From: Chloroflexia bacterium
Lineage (GTDB): Bacteria; Chloroflexota; Chloroflexia; QHBQ01; JADMIH01
Length of the DNA stretch: 64,000 bases
Direction: 5' to 3'
Assembly: GCA_036386675.1 (NCBI GenBank)
Contig: DASVVE010000016.1
Span: 122,561-186,560 of the forward strand
The notes under the pieces were generated by a model. The model was given only the letters and a program-made list of their open reading frames with translations. It ran no database searches and was not told where the DNA came from. Shown here one piece after another: positions 8,066 to 18,180 of this stretch. A program made the translations under genes and the position numbers. Each line of letters starts with the position of its first letter. Positions within the stretch are counted from its first letter, which is position 1.

Positions 8066-9100
8066 ATGAGCAACCCGCCCGGCATGGACTCCCGCCCTCC
8101 GAAGCTAGCCGTCATAGGCGCAGGCTCGATGGGCCGCAACCACCTGCGCGTGCTGAACGACCTGGAGTCGGTGGATCTGGTGGGCGTGGCCGATGCAGAC
8201 CTTGCCACCGCCGAGCGGGTCGCCCGCCGCTTCCACATCTCGGCTTATGGTAGCTACGCCGATCTGCTGGACAGGGAACGGCCTGATGGGGTGGTAGTGG
8301 CGGTGCCCACGGTGCTGCACCGGGAGGTGACGCTGGCGGCCATAGAACGCGGGGTGCATGTGCTGGTGGAGAAGCCGATAGCATTCACGGTAGCCGAGGG
8401 CCAGGAGATGATCGAGGCGGCCCGGCAGGCAGGGGTGATCCTCACGGTGGGGCATATCGAGCGCTACAACCCGGCGATACTGGAGTTGCACAAGCGGCTC
8501 AGGGAGCAGCAGCTTGGCCGGGTCTTCCAGATGAACGCACGCAGGCTCGGCCCCTTCCCGCCCCGCGTGCGTGACGTTGGTGTGGTCATCGATCTGGCGA
8601 CGCACGATGTCGACATAATGCGCTTCTTGAGCGGCTCGGAAGTGGTGCGGGTGCAGGCCGAGACCGCCCGCCGCATCCACACCGAGCACGAGGACCTGCT
8701 GTCCGGGCTGCTCCGTTTCGAGAACGACTCGATTGGTGTGCTAGATATTAACTGGCTGACGCCCACCAAGATACGCGAGCTGATGATTACCGGGGAGCGG
8801 GGCGCGTTCCAGGTGAACTACCTGACCCAGGACCTATACTTCTACGAGAATAATTACGCCAAGACCGACTGGGACACCATCTCGAACATCGAGGGGGTGA
8901 GCGAGGGCGACATGGTCCGCCTACGCATCGAGAAGACCGAACCGCTACGCGTGGAACTTGACCGATTCGCCCGCGCCATCAGGGGCGAAGAAGTGTCCAT
9001 AGTATCGGGCGAGGACGGGCTGCACGCCCTGCACGTAGCTACAAAAATTGTGGAGTCGGGGCTAGAGGGTAGGGCCATCTATTTGAGCGAGGAAGGTTAG
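8066..9100 (+). CDS. Gfo/Idh/MocA-family NAD-dependent oxidoreductase (WbpB-like UDP-sugar 3-dehydrogenase)
   Basis: N-terminal Rossmann fold KLAVIGAGSMGRNHL and the EKP motif of the Gfo/Idh/MocA family. Adjacent to the aminotransferase. Confidence 0.8.
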   Translation: MSNPPGMDSRPPKLAVIGAGSMGRNHLRVLNDLESVDLVGVADADLATAERVARRFHISAYGSYADLLDRERPDGVVVAVPTVLHREVTLAAIERGVHVLVEKPIAFTVAEGQEMIEAARQAGVILTVGHIERYNPAILELHKRLREQQLGRVFQMNARRLGPFPPRVRDVGVVIDLATHDVDIMRFLSGSEVVRVQAETARRIHTEHEDLLSGLLRFENDSIGVLDINWLTPTKIRELMITGERGAFQVNYLTQDLYFYENNYAKTDWDTISNIEGVSEGDMVRLRIEKTEPLRVELDRFARAIRGEEVSIVSGEDGLHALHVATKIVESGLEGRAIYLSEEG

Positions 9101-9103
9101 GTC

Positions 9104-10408
9104 TTGGAGAAAGCAGCGCGGAGTGAGTACAGAGTAGCGGTCGTGGGCCTGGGCAAGATCGGCCTGCCCCTGGCGGCGCAGTTCGCGCACAACGGCCTGG
9201 AGGTCATGGGCTGCGACATATCCCAAGAGGTAGTAGATACCATCAACTCCGGGCACTCCCACGTCAAAGAGGAGCCGGGGCTTGAAGAGATGGTAGCCGA
9301 GGGAGTGAGCGCGGGCCGCCTTACCGCCACCATCGACACGTCCGCCGCCGTAAGCCGCTGCAACGTGGTAGTTGTGATTGTACCGCTGATGGTGGACGAG
9401 GGGCGCAACATCGATTATCGAGCTATTGATTCCGCCACTCGCTCGGTCGCTGAGGGGTTGCAGCGCGAAACGCTGGTCATATACGAAACGACGCTGCCCG
9501 TGGGCACCACGCGCACCCGGCTGGGTTCGATGTTGGAGCAGGGTTCAGGGCTGGCTGCCGGCCGCGATTTCTGCCTGGCGTTCAGCCCTGAGCGCGTCTA
9601 CAGCGGTCGTATATTCAGCGACTTGCACAAGTACCCCAAGGTGGTCGGCGGGGTGACGCCGGAGTGCACAGCTTCTGCCGAGCGTTTCTACGCCGTGGCC
9701 CTGGAAGGCGCGCCCGTATTGCCCATGCGCGATGCCGATACCGCCGAGTTCGTCAAGCTGGTCGAGACCACCTATCGCGACGTGAACATCGCCCTCGCCA
9801 ACGCCTTCGCCCGCTTCGCCGCCGAGCGCGACATACCTGTGCTAGAGGCGATTGCGGCGGCCAACACGCAGCCTTTCTCCCACGTCCACCGGCCCGGCAT
9901 AGCGGTGGGCGGGCACTGCATCCCTGTCTACCCCTACTTCCTGATGAACAGTACCGAGGACGACGGTATGTCGCTGGTACGGCGCGCCCGCGAGCTTAAC
10001 GACAGCATGGTAGCGTGGGCGCTCGACCGGCTTGAGGAGTCGCTGGGCGGGTTGAGCGGCAAGAGGGTGCTGGTGCTGGGGCTAGCATACCGGGAGAACG
10101 TCAAGGAAACGGCTTTTTCCGGGGCCGTCCGCCTGCTGAGCGAGTTGAAGGCGCGGGGCGCGGTGCCTCTCATCAACGACCCGCTCTACAGCACCGAGGA
10201 ACTCGCCCGCTACGCCGAGCCTAGCCAACTGGACGACCTGCCTGCCTTCGATGCGCTGGTGCTCCAGGCGTACCACGAGGAATACCGCAACCTCGATTGG
10301 ATCCGCATGTCAGAGCATGGTTGCAAGGTGGTGCTCGACGGACGCAACGCGCTCGCTCGCGCCGAAATAGAGGGCTCCGGTATGCGCTACACCGGCATAG
10401 GGCAATAG
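9104..10408 (+). CDS. UDP-sugar 6-dehydrogenase (UDP-GlcNAc/ManNAc dehydrogenase, WbpA/WecC family)
   Basis: RVAVVGLGKIGLPLAAQF with nucleotide-sugar dehydrogenase central and C-terminal domains. TTG start. Confidence 0.85.
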   Translation: MEKAARSEYRVAVVGLGKIGLPLAAQFAHNGLEVMGCDISQEVVDTINSGHSHVKEEPGLEEMVAEGVSAGRLTATIDTSAAVSRCNVVVVIVPLMVDEGRNIDYRAIDSATRSVAEGLQRETLVIYETTLPVGTTRTRLGSMLEQGSGLAAGRDFCLAFSPERVYSGRIFSDLHKYPKVVGGVTPECTASAERFYAVALEGAPVLPMRDADTAEFVKLVETTYRDVNIALANAFARFAAERDIPVLEAIAAANTQPFSHVHRPGIAVGGHCIPVYPYFLMNSTEDDGMSLVRRARELNDSMVAWALDRLEESLGGLSGKRVLVLGLAYRENVKETAFSGAVRLLSELKARGAVPLINDPLYSTEELARYAEPSQLDDLPAFDALVLQAYHEEYRNLDWIRMSEHGCKVVLDGRNALARAEIEGSGMRYTGIGQ

Positions 10409-10456
10409 CCCGTGAGTTCCGATGCCTGACGCTGTCAAGAAGGTGGGTGTTCGCGC

Positions 10457-11647
10457 ATGAAGGTCCTCTGTATATTCGGCACGCGGCCGGAGGCGATCAA
10501 GATGGCCCCTGTGCTCCACCACTTGCGCCAATACCCGGGCACCATCAGCGCCAAGGCTTGCGTGACCGGGCAGCACAGGCAGATGCTCGACCAGGTGCTA
10601 CAGGTCTTCGACATCCAACCCGATTACGACCTGTCTATCATGACTGAGGACCAGACCCTTGCTACACTGACGGCCAGGGCACTTACCGCCCTCGACCCGG
10701 TCATCGCGCAGGAACGGCCGGACTGGATATTGGTGCAGGGCGATACCACCACCGCTATGGTGGGTGCGCTGGCGGCCTTCTACCATCGCCTGCAAGTGGG
10801 GCACGTCGAAGCCGGGTTGAGGACCTGGAACAAATACCATCCCTATCCCGAAGAGATCAACCGGAGAATAGTGGATTGCATCGCCGATCTGCATTTTGCC
10901 CCGACACAATGGGCGGCTGATAATTTGTTGCGGGAGGGGGTGCCGGAGAGTGGCGTGCTCGTCAGTGGGAACACCGTTGTAGACGCTCTCATCTCCGTCA
11001 CCGAAAAGCCGCTGTCCGAGCAGACCGAGCGTATACTTAGGGAGTTGGGAGTTTCCCCGGAAAGAGGTCACTCGGACCCGACAAGTGGCCTGTCGCTCGC
11101 GGCACGGGGTCACGGTCCGCCATTGCTCCTGGTAACTGCCCACCGCCGCGAGAACTTCGGCGGCCCCCTGGAGAACATATGTGACGCCCTGGGTGAAATC
11201 GCCAGGCGGCGGAGTGACGTACGCATCGTGTTCCTGGTGCATCTGAACCCCAACGTCCAGAAGGTAGTGCGTTCTCGCCTGGGGGAAGCAAAGAACATAA
11301 GCCTGATACCGCCCGTTGACTATCAGACGATGGCCCACCTGATGAAGCATTCCTACCTGATACTTACCGATTCGGGCGGGCTACAGGAGGAAGCGCCGAC
11401 GTTCCACGTGCCTGTACTGGTGATGCGCGAAACCACCGAGCGGCCGGAGGCCCTTGAGGCTGGTACGGCCCGGCTGGTAGGCACTCAGGCTGAGGATATA
11501 GTAGATCACGTGTCGCGCCTTCTCGACCGTTCGGATGAATATCGCGCCATGTCGGGGGCGCCGAACCCTTTTGGTGACGGGCATGCCGCCCCACGTATAG
11601 TGAAGGCCCTGATGGAGCGCAGCTCCAGGTTAGCGTACAGAGGCTGA
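10457..11647 (+). CDS. Second UDP-N-acetylglucosamine 2-epimerase paralog (WecB/WbpI-like)
   Basis: MKVLCIFGTRPEAIKMAPV...TGQHRQMLDQVL...GDTTTAMVGALAAFY...VEAGLRT. Confidence 0.85.
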   Translation: MKVLCIFGTRPEAIKMAPVLHHLRQYPGTISAKACVTGQHRQMLDQVLQVFDIQPDYDLSIMTEDQTLATLTARALTALDPVIAQERPDWILVQGDTTTAMVGALAAFYHRLQVGHVEAGLRTWNKYHPYPEEINRRIVDCIADLHFAPTQWAADNLLREGVPESGVLVSGNTVVDALISVTEKPLSEQTERILRELGVSPERGHSDPTSGLSLAARGHGPPLLLVTAHRRENFGGPLENICDALGEIARRRSDVRIVFLVHLNPNVQKVVRSRLGEAKNISLIPPVDYQTMAHLMKHSYLILTDSGGLQEEAPTFHVPVLVMRETTERPEALEAGTARLVGTQAEDIVDHVSRLLDRSDEYRAMSGAPNPFGDGHAAPRIVKALMERSSRLAYRG

Positions 11648-11677
11648 TGTATAGTCCTTCTCCTGTAACAGCATAGA

Positions 11678-13018
11678 TTGAACAAGTTTTTACCACCCTG
11701 GGCCAGAAATAAGCGTGCGGCGATGCTGCCGATAGGGTCGGTACGAGCGCGCCTGGCCTCCGGCACCTTCTGGGCGGTAATCGGGGCGGTACTATCGCAG
11801 GTGCTGGCATTGGTGGCTGCCGTCATTGTGGCGAGGTTGTTGGGCCGCACGGGCTTCGGGGAGCTAGGCATCCTCATCAGCACGGTCGGCACGTTCGGGA
11901 TAGTCGCGGGACTGGGGCTGGGTACCACCGCCACCAAGTACGTGGCCGAGCTACGTACAAGCGACCCGGCGCGTGCGGGGCAAATCCTCGGCTTATCAAT
12001 CTGGACTGCCGTGGTGACGGGCAGCCTTGCATCGGTGCTGCTCTTTGTGCTCGCGCCGGTGCTTGCGGCGGACGTCATCAACGCCCCTCACCTGGTGAAC
12101 GAGCTACGCCTGAGTTGCGGAGTGCTATTCTTCAGCGCCCTCAACGGCGCGCAACTGGGCGTGCTCTCGGGTCTTGAGGCGTTCAAACCCCTTGCCTACT
12201 TGAACGTGGTACGAGGGTTGCTTCAATTCCTCCTGACCGTAGCGGGGGTGGTGCTGTTCGGCTTTGTGGGAGCCGTGCTTGCGCTCGTAGCGGGCAATGC
12301 TCTGGCCTGCGCGCTCTATGAAGTGGCGGTTCGACGTGAGTGCCGCCGCGCCAACATCAAGTTTGAGTACCGGGGTACTCGTTCCGAGTGGCGCATTTTG
12401 TGGACGTTCGCCTTTCCCGCTTTCATGTCCGGAGCGATGTATACGCCTGTTGTCTGGGCGGGGAACGCGGCGCTGGCTAATCAGCCGAACGGGCTGGATG
12501 AACTCGGCTTGTTCAACGCCGCCAACCAGTGGCGCATGGCGATGATGTTCCTCCCCGGCGTGCTGGGTCAGGTTGTGATGCCTATCTTATCCAACTTATA
12601 CGGCGAGGGACGTGGCAGTAGCTATCGCAAGGTGTTGTTCGGCAACCTGGCGATTACGTTTGTCCTGAGCTTTGGCGCGGCGCTCGTACTTATCCTGGCC
12701 GCGCCCCTCATCATGTCGGCCTACGGCAGCGACTTCACTCAGGGCACGCAGGTACTCATACTCATGCTCCTTTCAACGGTACTCACATCAACCTCGGGCG
12801 TGGTCGGATACAGCATAGCGAGCCAGGACCGCATGTGGCACGCCTTCTGGCTCAATCTCATATGGGCGGCGGCTTTCGGCCTCTTCGTCTACCTCTTCAT
12901 CGGTCTGAAAGCTTATGGGCTGGCGCTGGCGTACCTGCTCTCCTACGCTATACACGCCGTCACGAGCACGTTGTATATGGTCTGGTCCCTTAAAAACAAG
13001 CGAGTGGCCGATGCCTAG
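11678..13018 (+). CDS. MOP-superfamily oligosaccharide flippase (Wzx-like)
   Basis: 446 aa with ~12 TM and a Polysacc_synt-like profile. TTG start at 11678; an alternative ATG is at 11723. Confidence 0.7.
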   Translation: MNKFLPPWARNKRAAMLPIGSVRARLASGTFWAVIGAVLSQVLALVAAVIVARLLGRTGFGELGILISTVGTFGIVAGLGLGTTATKYVAELRTSDPARAGQILGLSIWTAVVTGSLASVLLFVLAPVLAADVINAPHLVNELRLSCGVLFFSALNGAQLGVLSGLEAFKPLAYLNVVRGLLQFLLTVAGVVLFGFVGAVLALVAGNALACALYEVAVRRECRRANIKFEYRGTRSEWRILWTFAFPAFMSGAMYTPVVWAGNAALANQPNGLDELGLFNAANQWRMAMMFLPGVLGQVVMPILSNLYGEGRGSSYRKVLFGNLAITFVLSFGAALVLILAAPLIMSAYGSDFTQGTQVLILMLLSTVLTSTSGVVGYSIASQDRMWHAFWLNLIWAAAFGLFVYLFIGLKAYGLALAYLLSYAIHAVTSTLYMVWSLKNKRVADA

Positions 13019-14282
13019 AGTGCTGGTAATAAGATACGAGGGCCAACCTTTCCTGGTGAGGATGTCGAAGCTGCTGAGGACGATGCTCGACTCCGGCTGG
13101 CAGGTGGACGTGCTGATTCCCAGGGGCGGGTTGGGTGCGACAAACGTCTCTAAGGAAATGGGGCGCGACCTCACCGGGGAAGTAACATTGCTGGAGTTTC
13201 CCCATGAACTTCCCCGCACGATACCAGAGAGGTTGCTATATCGTCTCTCCGGGACGGGCTTCTTCGGCAGCAGCGAGTTCCGGCGCTACCTGACCGGTCT
13301 CCTTTCGAGGCAGAAGTACGACCTTATCTGGGCCAAGGATACGCCTATACTCCCGGCTGTCTTTCATGCGATAAAGAGGTCCGGCCACCCTCCGGTGCGG
13401 GTCGTGTGCGACATGTACGAGAATATCACCGAGCAGGTCTATGATACGTTCGTACGATACGGCAAGCTGTACGAACGGCTGTTGACGCAGGCTTCGCTGC
13501 TGATTAGCCGCCTGCGCCGGGCTGAGAGGCTATACCTTGCACGCTGCGACCATATATTCGTTGTGGTGGATACGGCCAAGACTTTTCTTGTGAAGCGCTA
13601 CGGTCTCGAGCCGTCCCGCATAACGGTAGTGCACAACGTCGAGATTCTGTCGGACTTCGACCGGATCGAGCCTGGACAGCCACTGCTTGATACGGACGTG
13701 CCGCTCATTTCCTTCGTCGGCGGTTTCGGCCCCCATCGTGGCATAGACACGCTGCTGGAGGCTGTGGCGCTGCTGGTTTCAAGGGGTGAGACGCGCTTCC
13801 GGCTGGCCCTGGTTGGTGCTTCCGGCTCGGAGCTTGCTCGCCTGGAAAGCGTCTGCCGGGAGCGCGGCCTGCAAGAGGTAGTTGTGCTGCGGGGGTATCT
13901 CTCACACCGCGAGGCGATGCGCTGGATGAAGCAGTCGAATATCGGTGTCATTCCGCACGTGAACACGCCGCAGATCAGAACTACCATACCAAATAAGTTG
14001 TTCCAGTATATGGCTGCCGGGGTACCTTGTATCGTGTCCGATGTGGGGCCGCTCGGCAGGATCGTGCGTCAGACAGGCTGTGGTCTTACCTTCCCGGCGG
14101 GGAACGCGCCGGAGCTAGCGGCTAGAATCGCCGATTTGCTGGCACACCCGGAGCAGATGCTGGAGCTTGGCAGGAACGGCAGAGCCAGTGTCGAGCGCCA
14201 ATACAGGTGGGAGATAGAAGGGCAAGAGTATGCTCGTTACCTCCTGGGCGTCATGAGTGCTATCCAGGACGTAAGCAAATAG
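13011..14282 (+). CDS. Glycosyltransferase family 4 (GT-B)
   Basis: C-terminal EX7E-type region (FVGGFGPHRGIDTLLEAV...IPNKLFQYMAAGVPCIVSD). The ATG at 13011 overlaps the flippase stop, so the ORF-track start at 12915 is too early. Confidence 0.8.
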   Translation: MPRVLVIRYEGQPFLVRMSKLLRTMLDSGWQVDVLIPRGGLGATNVSKEMGRDLTGEVTLLEFPHELPRTIPERLLYRLSGTGFFGSSEFRRYLTGLLSRQKYDLIWAKDTPILPAVFHAIKRSGHPPVRVVCDMYENITEQVYDTFVRYGKLYERLLTQASLLISRLRRAERLYLARCDHIFVVVDTAKTFLVKRYGLEPSRITVVHNVEILSDFDRIEPGQPLLDTDVPLISFVGGFGPHRGIDTLLEAVALLVSRGETRFRLALVGASGSELARLESVCRERGLQEVVVLRGYLSHREAMRWMKQSNIGVIPHVNTPQIRTTIPNKLFQYMAAGVPCIVSDVGPLGRIVRQTGCGLTFPAGNAPELAARIADLLAHPEQMLELGRNGRASVERQYRWEIEGQEYARYLLGVMSAIQDVSK

Positions 14283-14291
14283 AGGCTCCTG

Positions 14292-14300
14292 TGCTATACT
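14292..14300 (+). promoter_or_regulatory. Extended -10 promoter (TGcTATAcT) positioned for a leaderless transcript of the downstream GT-like gene
   Basis: tgctatact ends 7 nt before the ATG at 14308, and no RBS is present. Confidence 0.4.
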
Positions 14301-14307
14301 TTTAGTT

Positions 14308-15399
14308 ATGGGACGCACACGGGAGCCGGTTTCTCACTTATCCAGGCCGCGAATCCTCCACGCCCCCGCGAACATAGCGGGCATAGCGGGACTCCTCGCA
14401 CAGGCGCAACGGGACCTGGGCATCGACTCTACATCCGTCGAGTACTTTCAACGACCCTTCAGCTTTGGCGTTGACAGGACGCTAGCTTTGCAAGCCACGG
14501 ACGGGCGTGTCAAGAAAGCGGCCGCGATGGGCAGGTTCGCACTGGGTGCCCTTGCGCGTTACGACGTGTTTCACCTCTATTTCGGTAACACTTTGCTGCC
14601 GCGTCCATACCCTGATTTGCGGCTGCTTCGCGCGCTCGGCAAGCGTATTGTCTTCCACTTTTGCGGCTGTGAGTTGCGGCGACGGGAACCAAACGTCACC
14701 AAGTATTCGCTCAGCGCCTGCACCGATTGCGTGTCACACAGGTGTTCGTACCTGAAACACCCAGACCTCTCTTCGGCTGACGTGCTGATAGTGTCCACAC
14801 CCGACCTGCTCGAATTCGCTCCAGGGGCGCACGTATTGCCGGGGCCGGTGGACCTCGACCGCTGGACGCCAAAGGTCTCGCGTGGGGTACCGGTATCCAG
14901 GTCCGAGCCGGTACGGATCGTTCACGCGCCGACGAACCGGGAAGTAAAAGGTACCAAACATCTGCTTGCCGCGGTTGAGCGCCTCAACAGTGCCGGGTAC
15001 CCGGTTGAACTCGACCTGCTGGAGGGATTGCGGCACGAGCAAGTGCAGGTGCTCTCCGGGCGGGCGGATATCGCGGTGGACCAGCTGATGATTGGCTCAC
15101 ATGGCACCTTCTCGGTTGAGATGATGGCAATGGGCCTGCCGGTGGTCTGCCGCATACGTGAAGACTTGCGGAAGTTCTATCCACCCGACTTGCCTGTGAT
15201 AACCGCAGAGCCGGGCAGCATCTACGAGGTGCTGGAGTCGCTAATAACGCGGCCGGACACCTGGGCGGAACATGGCAGGCGTGGTATCCGGTACGTGCAA
15301 CGCGAGCACGAGATGCACCGTGTGGCCGCACGCGCCCTGTCGCTCTACAAAGTGGGCCTCAGTACGGCTGTCGCTGAGTACGTGGCAGCCGAGGCGTAA
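14308..15399 (+). CDS. GT-B-fold glycosyltransferase-like protein with a conserved Cys cluster (paralog A)
   Basis: C-terminal half is GT4-like (KGTKHLLAAVERL...SVEMMAMGLPVVC). Unusual insertion HFCGCELRRREPNVTKYSLSACTDCVSHRC. Confidence 0.6.
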   Translation: MGRTREPVSHLSRPRILHAPANIAGIAGLLAQAQRDLGIDSTSVEYFQRPFSFGVDRTLALQATDGRVKKAAAMGRFALGALARYDVFHLYFGNTLLPRPYPDLRLLRALGKRIVFHFCGCELRRREPNVTKYSLSACTDCVSHRCSYLKHPDLSSADVLIVSTPDLLEFAPGAHVLPGPVDLDRWTPKVSRGVPVSRSEPVRIVHAPTNREVKGTKHLLAAVERLNSAGYPVELDLLEGLRHEQVQVLSGRADIAVDQLMIGSHGTFSVEMMAMGLPVVCRIREDLRKFYPPDLPVITAEPGSIYEVLESLITRPDTWAEHGRRGIRYVQREHEMHRVAARALSLYKVGLSTAVAEYVAAEA

Positions 15400-15464
15400 G
15401 CAACCTGCTTCTTCCAGCATTTCGGCTCGCCTGTACGTGTACTGGCGGCAAGTCACGGTAGCTG

Positions 15465-15473
15465 TGCTATAAT
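15465..15473 (+). promoter_or_regulatory. Extended -10 promoter (TGcTATAAT), leaderless arrangement for paralog B
   Basis: tgctataat ends 8 nt before the ATG at 15482. The same ctgtgctataNtttt context is duplicated upstream of paralog A. Confidence 0.45.
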
Positions 15474-15481
15474 TTTCTCGT

Positions 15482-16612
15482 ATGAAACGTACATGGGAGC
15501 CGGTGCATCTCAAACATAGACCCAGGATACTCCATGCTCCGGCCAATGTCGCGGGCAGAGCCGGACTACTCGCCAGGGCGCAGCGTGACCTTGGTTTTGA
15601 CGCAACATCCGTCGAATACTTCCAACGTCCCTTCGACTTTGGTGTGGACCGGTCGTTAGGTCTGCGGCCGGCGGATGGCCGGGTGAAAAAAACGGCCAGG
15701 ATGGGCATGTTTGCCCTCGGTGCCTTCAGGCGGTACGATGTGTTCCATCTCTATTTCGGTAACACTTTGCTGCCGCACCCTTACCCGGACTTGCCGGTCC
15801 TTCGCTCCCTGGGTAAACGCATTGTCTTTCATTTTTGCGGCTGTGACATACGCCAGCGGGAATATACCCTCGATAAGTATTCACTCAGTGCGTGCACAGA
15901 CTGTATCTTGCAACCGTGCAAGCACGCGAGACACCCGGACCTCTCCGCGTGTGACATCGTCTCTGTGTCGTCGCCGGACTTACTGGAGTTCGCTCCGGGG
16001 GCGCAGCTGCTGCCGGGACCGATTGACCTGGAAAAATGGAGGCCGAAGGTATTGCGCCGGGAGCCGCCATCCCACTCTGACCCCGTACGTATCATTCACG
16101 CACCGACCGACCGCGACATAAAGGGTACTAAATACCTGCTTGCCGCAGCCGAGCGGCTCAAGAGTGCCGGGTACCCTGTGGAAGTTACCCTCCTGGAGGG
16201 CCTATCCCACGACCAGATACACGTGCTCTCCGAGCAGGCCGATATCGTGGTGGACCAACTGATGCTCGGCGTACATGGCATGTTTGCCGTCGAGATGATG
16301 GCAAGGGGCCTGCCCGTAATATGCCGGATACGCGAGGACCTGAGACGGTTCTATCCTCCCGACCTACCCCTAATCACGGCAGAGCCGGGCAGCATTTACG
16401 ACGTCCTCGAATCGCTGCTTACTCAGCCGGAGCGTTGGGCTGACCTCGGCCGCCGGGGCATCGAGTACGTACGGCGCGAGCATGAGATGCACCGTGTGGG
16501 GGCTCTTTCCCTGTCGCTGTATAACGTGCACGTGGATACGAGCATCAAGTCTACGCTACACGACGCTGTTCCTGGTTCTAATGGCTTCGAGAGCGAGCTA
16601 AGGCAAAATTGA
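15482..16612 (+). CDS. GT-B-fold glycosyltransferase-like protein with a conserved Cys cluster (paralog B)
   Basis: Roughly two-thirds identical to paralog A by eye; same HFCGCDIRQREYTLDKYSLSACTDCILQPC motif. Confidence 0.6.
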   Translation: MKRTWEPVHLKHRPRILHAPANVAGRAGLLARAQRDLGFDATSVEYFQRPFDFGVDRSLGLRPADGRVKKTARMGMFALGAFRRYDVFHLYFGNTLLPHPYPDLPVLRSLGKRIVFHFCGCDIRQREYTLDKYSLSACTDCILQPCKHARHPDLSACDIVSVSSPDLLEFAPGAQLLPGPIDLEKWRPKVLRREPPSHSDPVRIIHAPTDRDIKGTKYLLAAAERLKSAGYPVEVTLLEGLSHDQIHVLSEQADIVVDQLMLGVHGMFAVEMMARGLPVICRIREDLRRFYPPDLPLITAEPGSIYDVLESLLTQPERWADLGRRGIEYVRREHEMHRVGALSLSLYNVHVDTSIKSTLHDAVPGSNGFESELRQN

Positions 16613-16654
16613 CATACCATCTTCACTTACCAAATATTCCTACGAGCCACGTAC

Positions 16655-18178
16655 GTGCTGTCCAGGCTCTCTAGTCTCTCCAAAGATGCCGTCGTCTACG
16701 GGCTGGCCGGGGCCGTCGCGCGCGTCTCCGGGCTGGTGCTCCTGCCTGTGTACACCCGCGTCTTCGAGGACACAGAGAGCTACGGCGTATGGCAGATAGT
16801 GAGCATCTTCGGCGCTTTGCTGGTGGCGGTGGCCGCGCTGGGTCTTGACGGCGCGACCTCAATCCTCTACTTCGCGACCGACTCCCCTGACGAGCGGAAG
16901 CGCATCACTACGCTGTGGGCCTCTATGTCGCTGGTGGTGGCGGTGCCGCTTACCCTGCTGCTCGTTCTGCTCTCCGGCCCGATTTCCAGCCTGACCACCG
17001 GCTCGGAGCGGTATACGGACCTCTTTATTGTAGGCATAGCCCTGCTGCCGTTCAACATACTGCAACTGGTGGTGGCGGGCATCTTGCGCTTGCACTTCCG
17101 ACGCCTAGCTTACGCCGCGCTCAACCTGGGGCTGACGGTCTTGGTGCTCTCCACAAGCATCTACCTGGTGGTTGGCCTCCGCATGGAGGTGATGGGCGCG
17201 CTGCTGGGCACGCTGCTGGGCACGGCGGTGGCCGCAATCGCCGGCCTATGGACGGTGCGCTCCGCCGTCGATTGGCGGCTGCTGACTTCGGAGGCCTGGC
17301 CTCTGGCTGCCAGGCTGCTCCAACTGGGCGCGCCCCTGGTGCCGGCGGCTGCCGCCCTGTGGGTACTCGGCTTCTCCAATGCCTTCTTCGTGGCTCGCCT
17401 CCTCAGTACCAGCGATACCGGCGTTTTCCGCGTCGGCGCGCAGATCGCCTCGGTGCTGGGGATAGCGGTGTACGCTTTCCAGTTCGCGTGGTCGCCGTTC
17501 AGCCTCTCCATAGCGCGGGAGCCTGATGCCGGGAAGGTCTATTCCAGGGTAGGGATACTCTATACCGCGGTTTCGGTGGGAGCCGCCGTCCTGCTGGGTG
17601 GGGCCGCTCCCATAGTGCTGCTGCTGGCAAGGGGTGACTACGCCCCGGCCGCTACGGTAATTGGGCTGCTTGCCCTGTCCATGGCCTCGGTCGGCTCGTA
17701 CTATATCTTTGCGGTAGGCGGGGGTATCGCCCAGCGGACCGGGCCGGTGGGTTGGACCAACGTGGTCGCGGCCATCGCCAACGTCGCCCTCAACGCCGCA
17801 CTCATCCCGCTCTGGGGCATCGTGGGCGCGAGTATTGCTTCGCTGGCCGCGAATCTATTATCTATAATACTCCTCTATACCGTGTCGCAACGCATCTACC
17901 CGGTACCCTTCGACGGGTTGAGGATGGCGGGCGTCTGGCTGGTGGGTACGGCGGCGGTAGCAATTGCGGCCCTGTTCAACATCTCGGTACAACCGTCACC
18001 GCTGATGTCGATGGGGTTTACGCTCCTGCTCATGCTAGGTTACGTAGTGGCGCTCTTCCTCATGGGCGCGGTCACGCCTCGACAGCTATCGTTGGGGCTG
18101 GCGGGGGTCAGGTCGGCGCTGGGGAGAGGTCCGGCCGCCCCGGTATCGGGGGGCACGGCGGGCGAGGGCAGGAGGTAG
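16655..18178 (+). CDS. Second MOP-family polysaccharide biosynthesis/flippase protein (507 aa, ~14 TM)
   Basis: GTG start; hydrophobic throughout with a Polysacc_synt-like N-terminus (VVYGLAGAVARVSGLVLLPVYTRVF). Confidence 0.7.
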   Translation: MLSRLSSLSKDAVVYGLAGAVARVSGLVLLPVYTRVFEDTESYGVWQIVSIFGALLVAVAALGLDGATSILYFATDSPDERKRITTLWASMSLVVAVPLTLLLVLLSGPISSLTTGSERYTDLFIVGIALLPFNILQLVVAGILRLHFRRLAYAALNLGLTVLVLSTSIYLVVGLRMEVMGALLGTLLGTAVAAIAGLWTVRSAVDWRLLTSEAWPLAARLLQLGAPLVPAAAALWVLGFSNAFFVARLLSTSDTGVFRVGAQIASVLGIAVYAFQFAWSPFSLSIAREPDAGKVYSRVGILYTAVSVGAAVLLGGAAPIVLLLARGDYAPAATVIGLLALSMASVGSYYIFAVGGGIAQRTGPVGWTNVVAAIANVALNAALIPLWGIVGASIASLAANLLSIILLYTVSQRIYPVPFDGLRMAGVWLVGTAAVAIAALFNISVQPSPLMSMGFTLLLMLGYVVALFLMGAVTPRQLSLGLAGVRSALGRGPAAPVSGGTAGEGRR

Positions 18179-18180
18179 CG

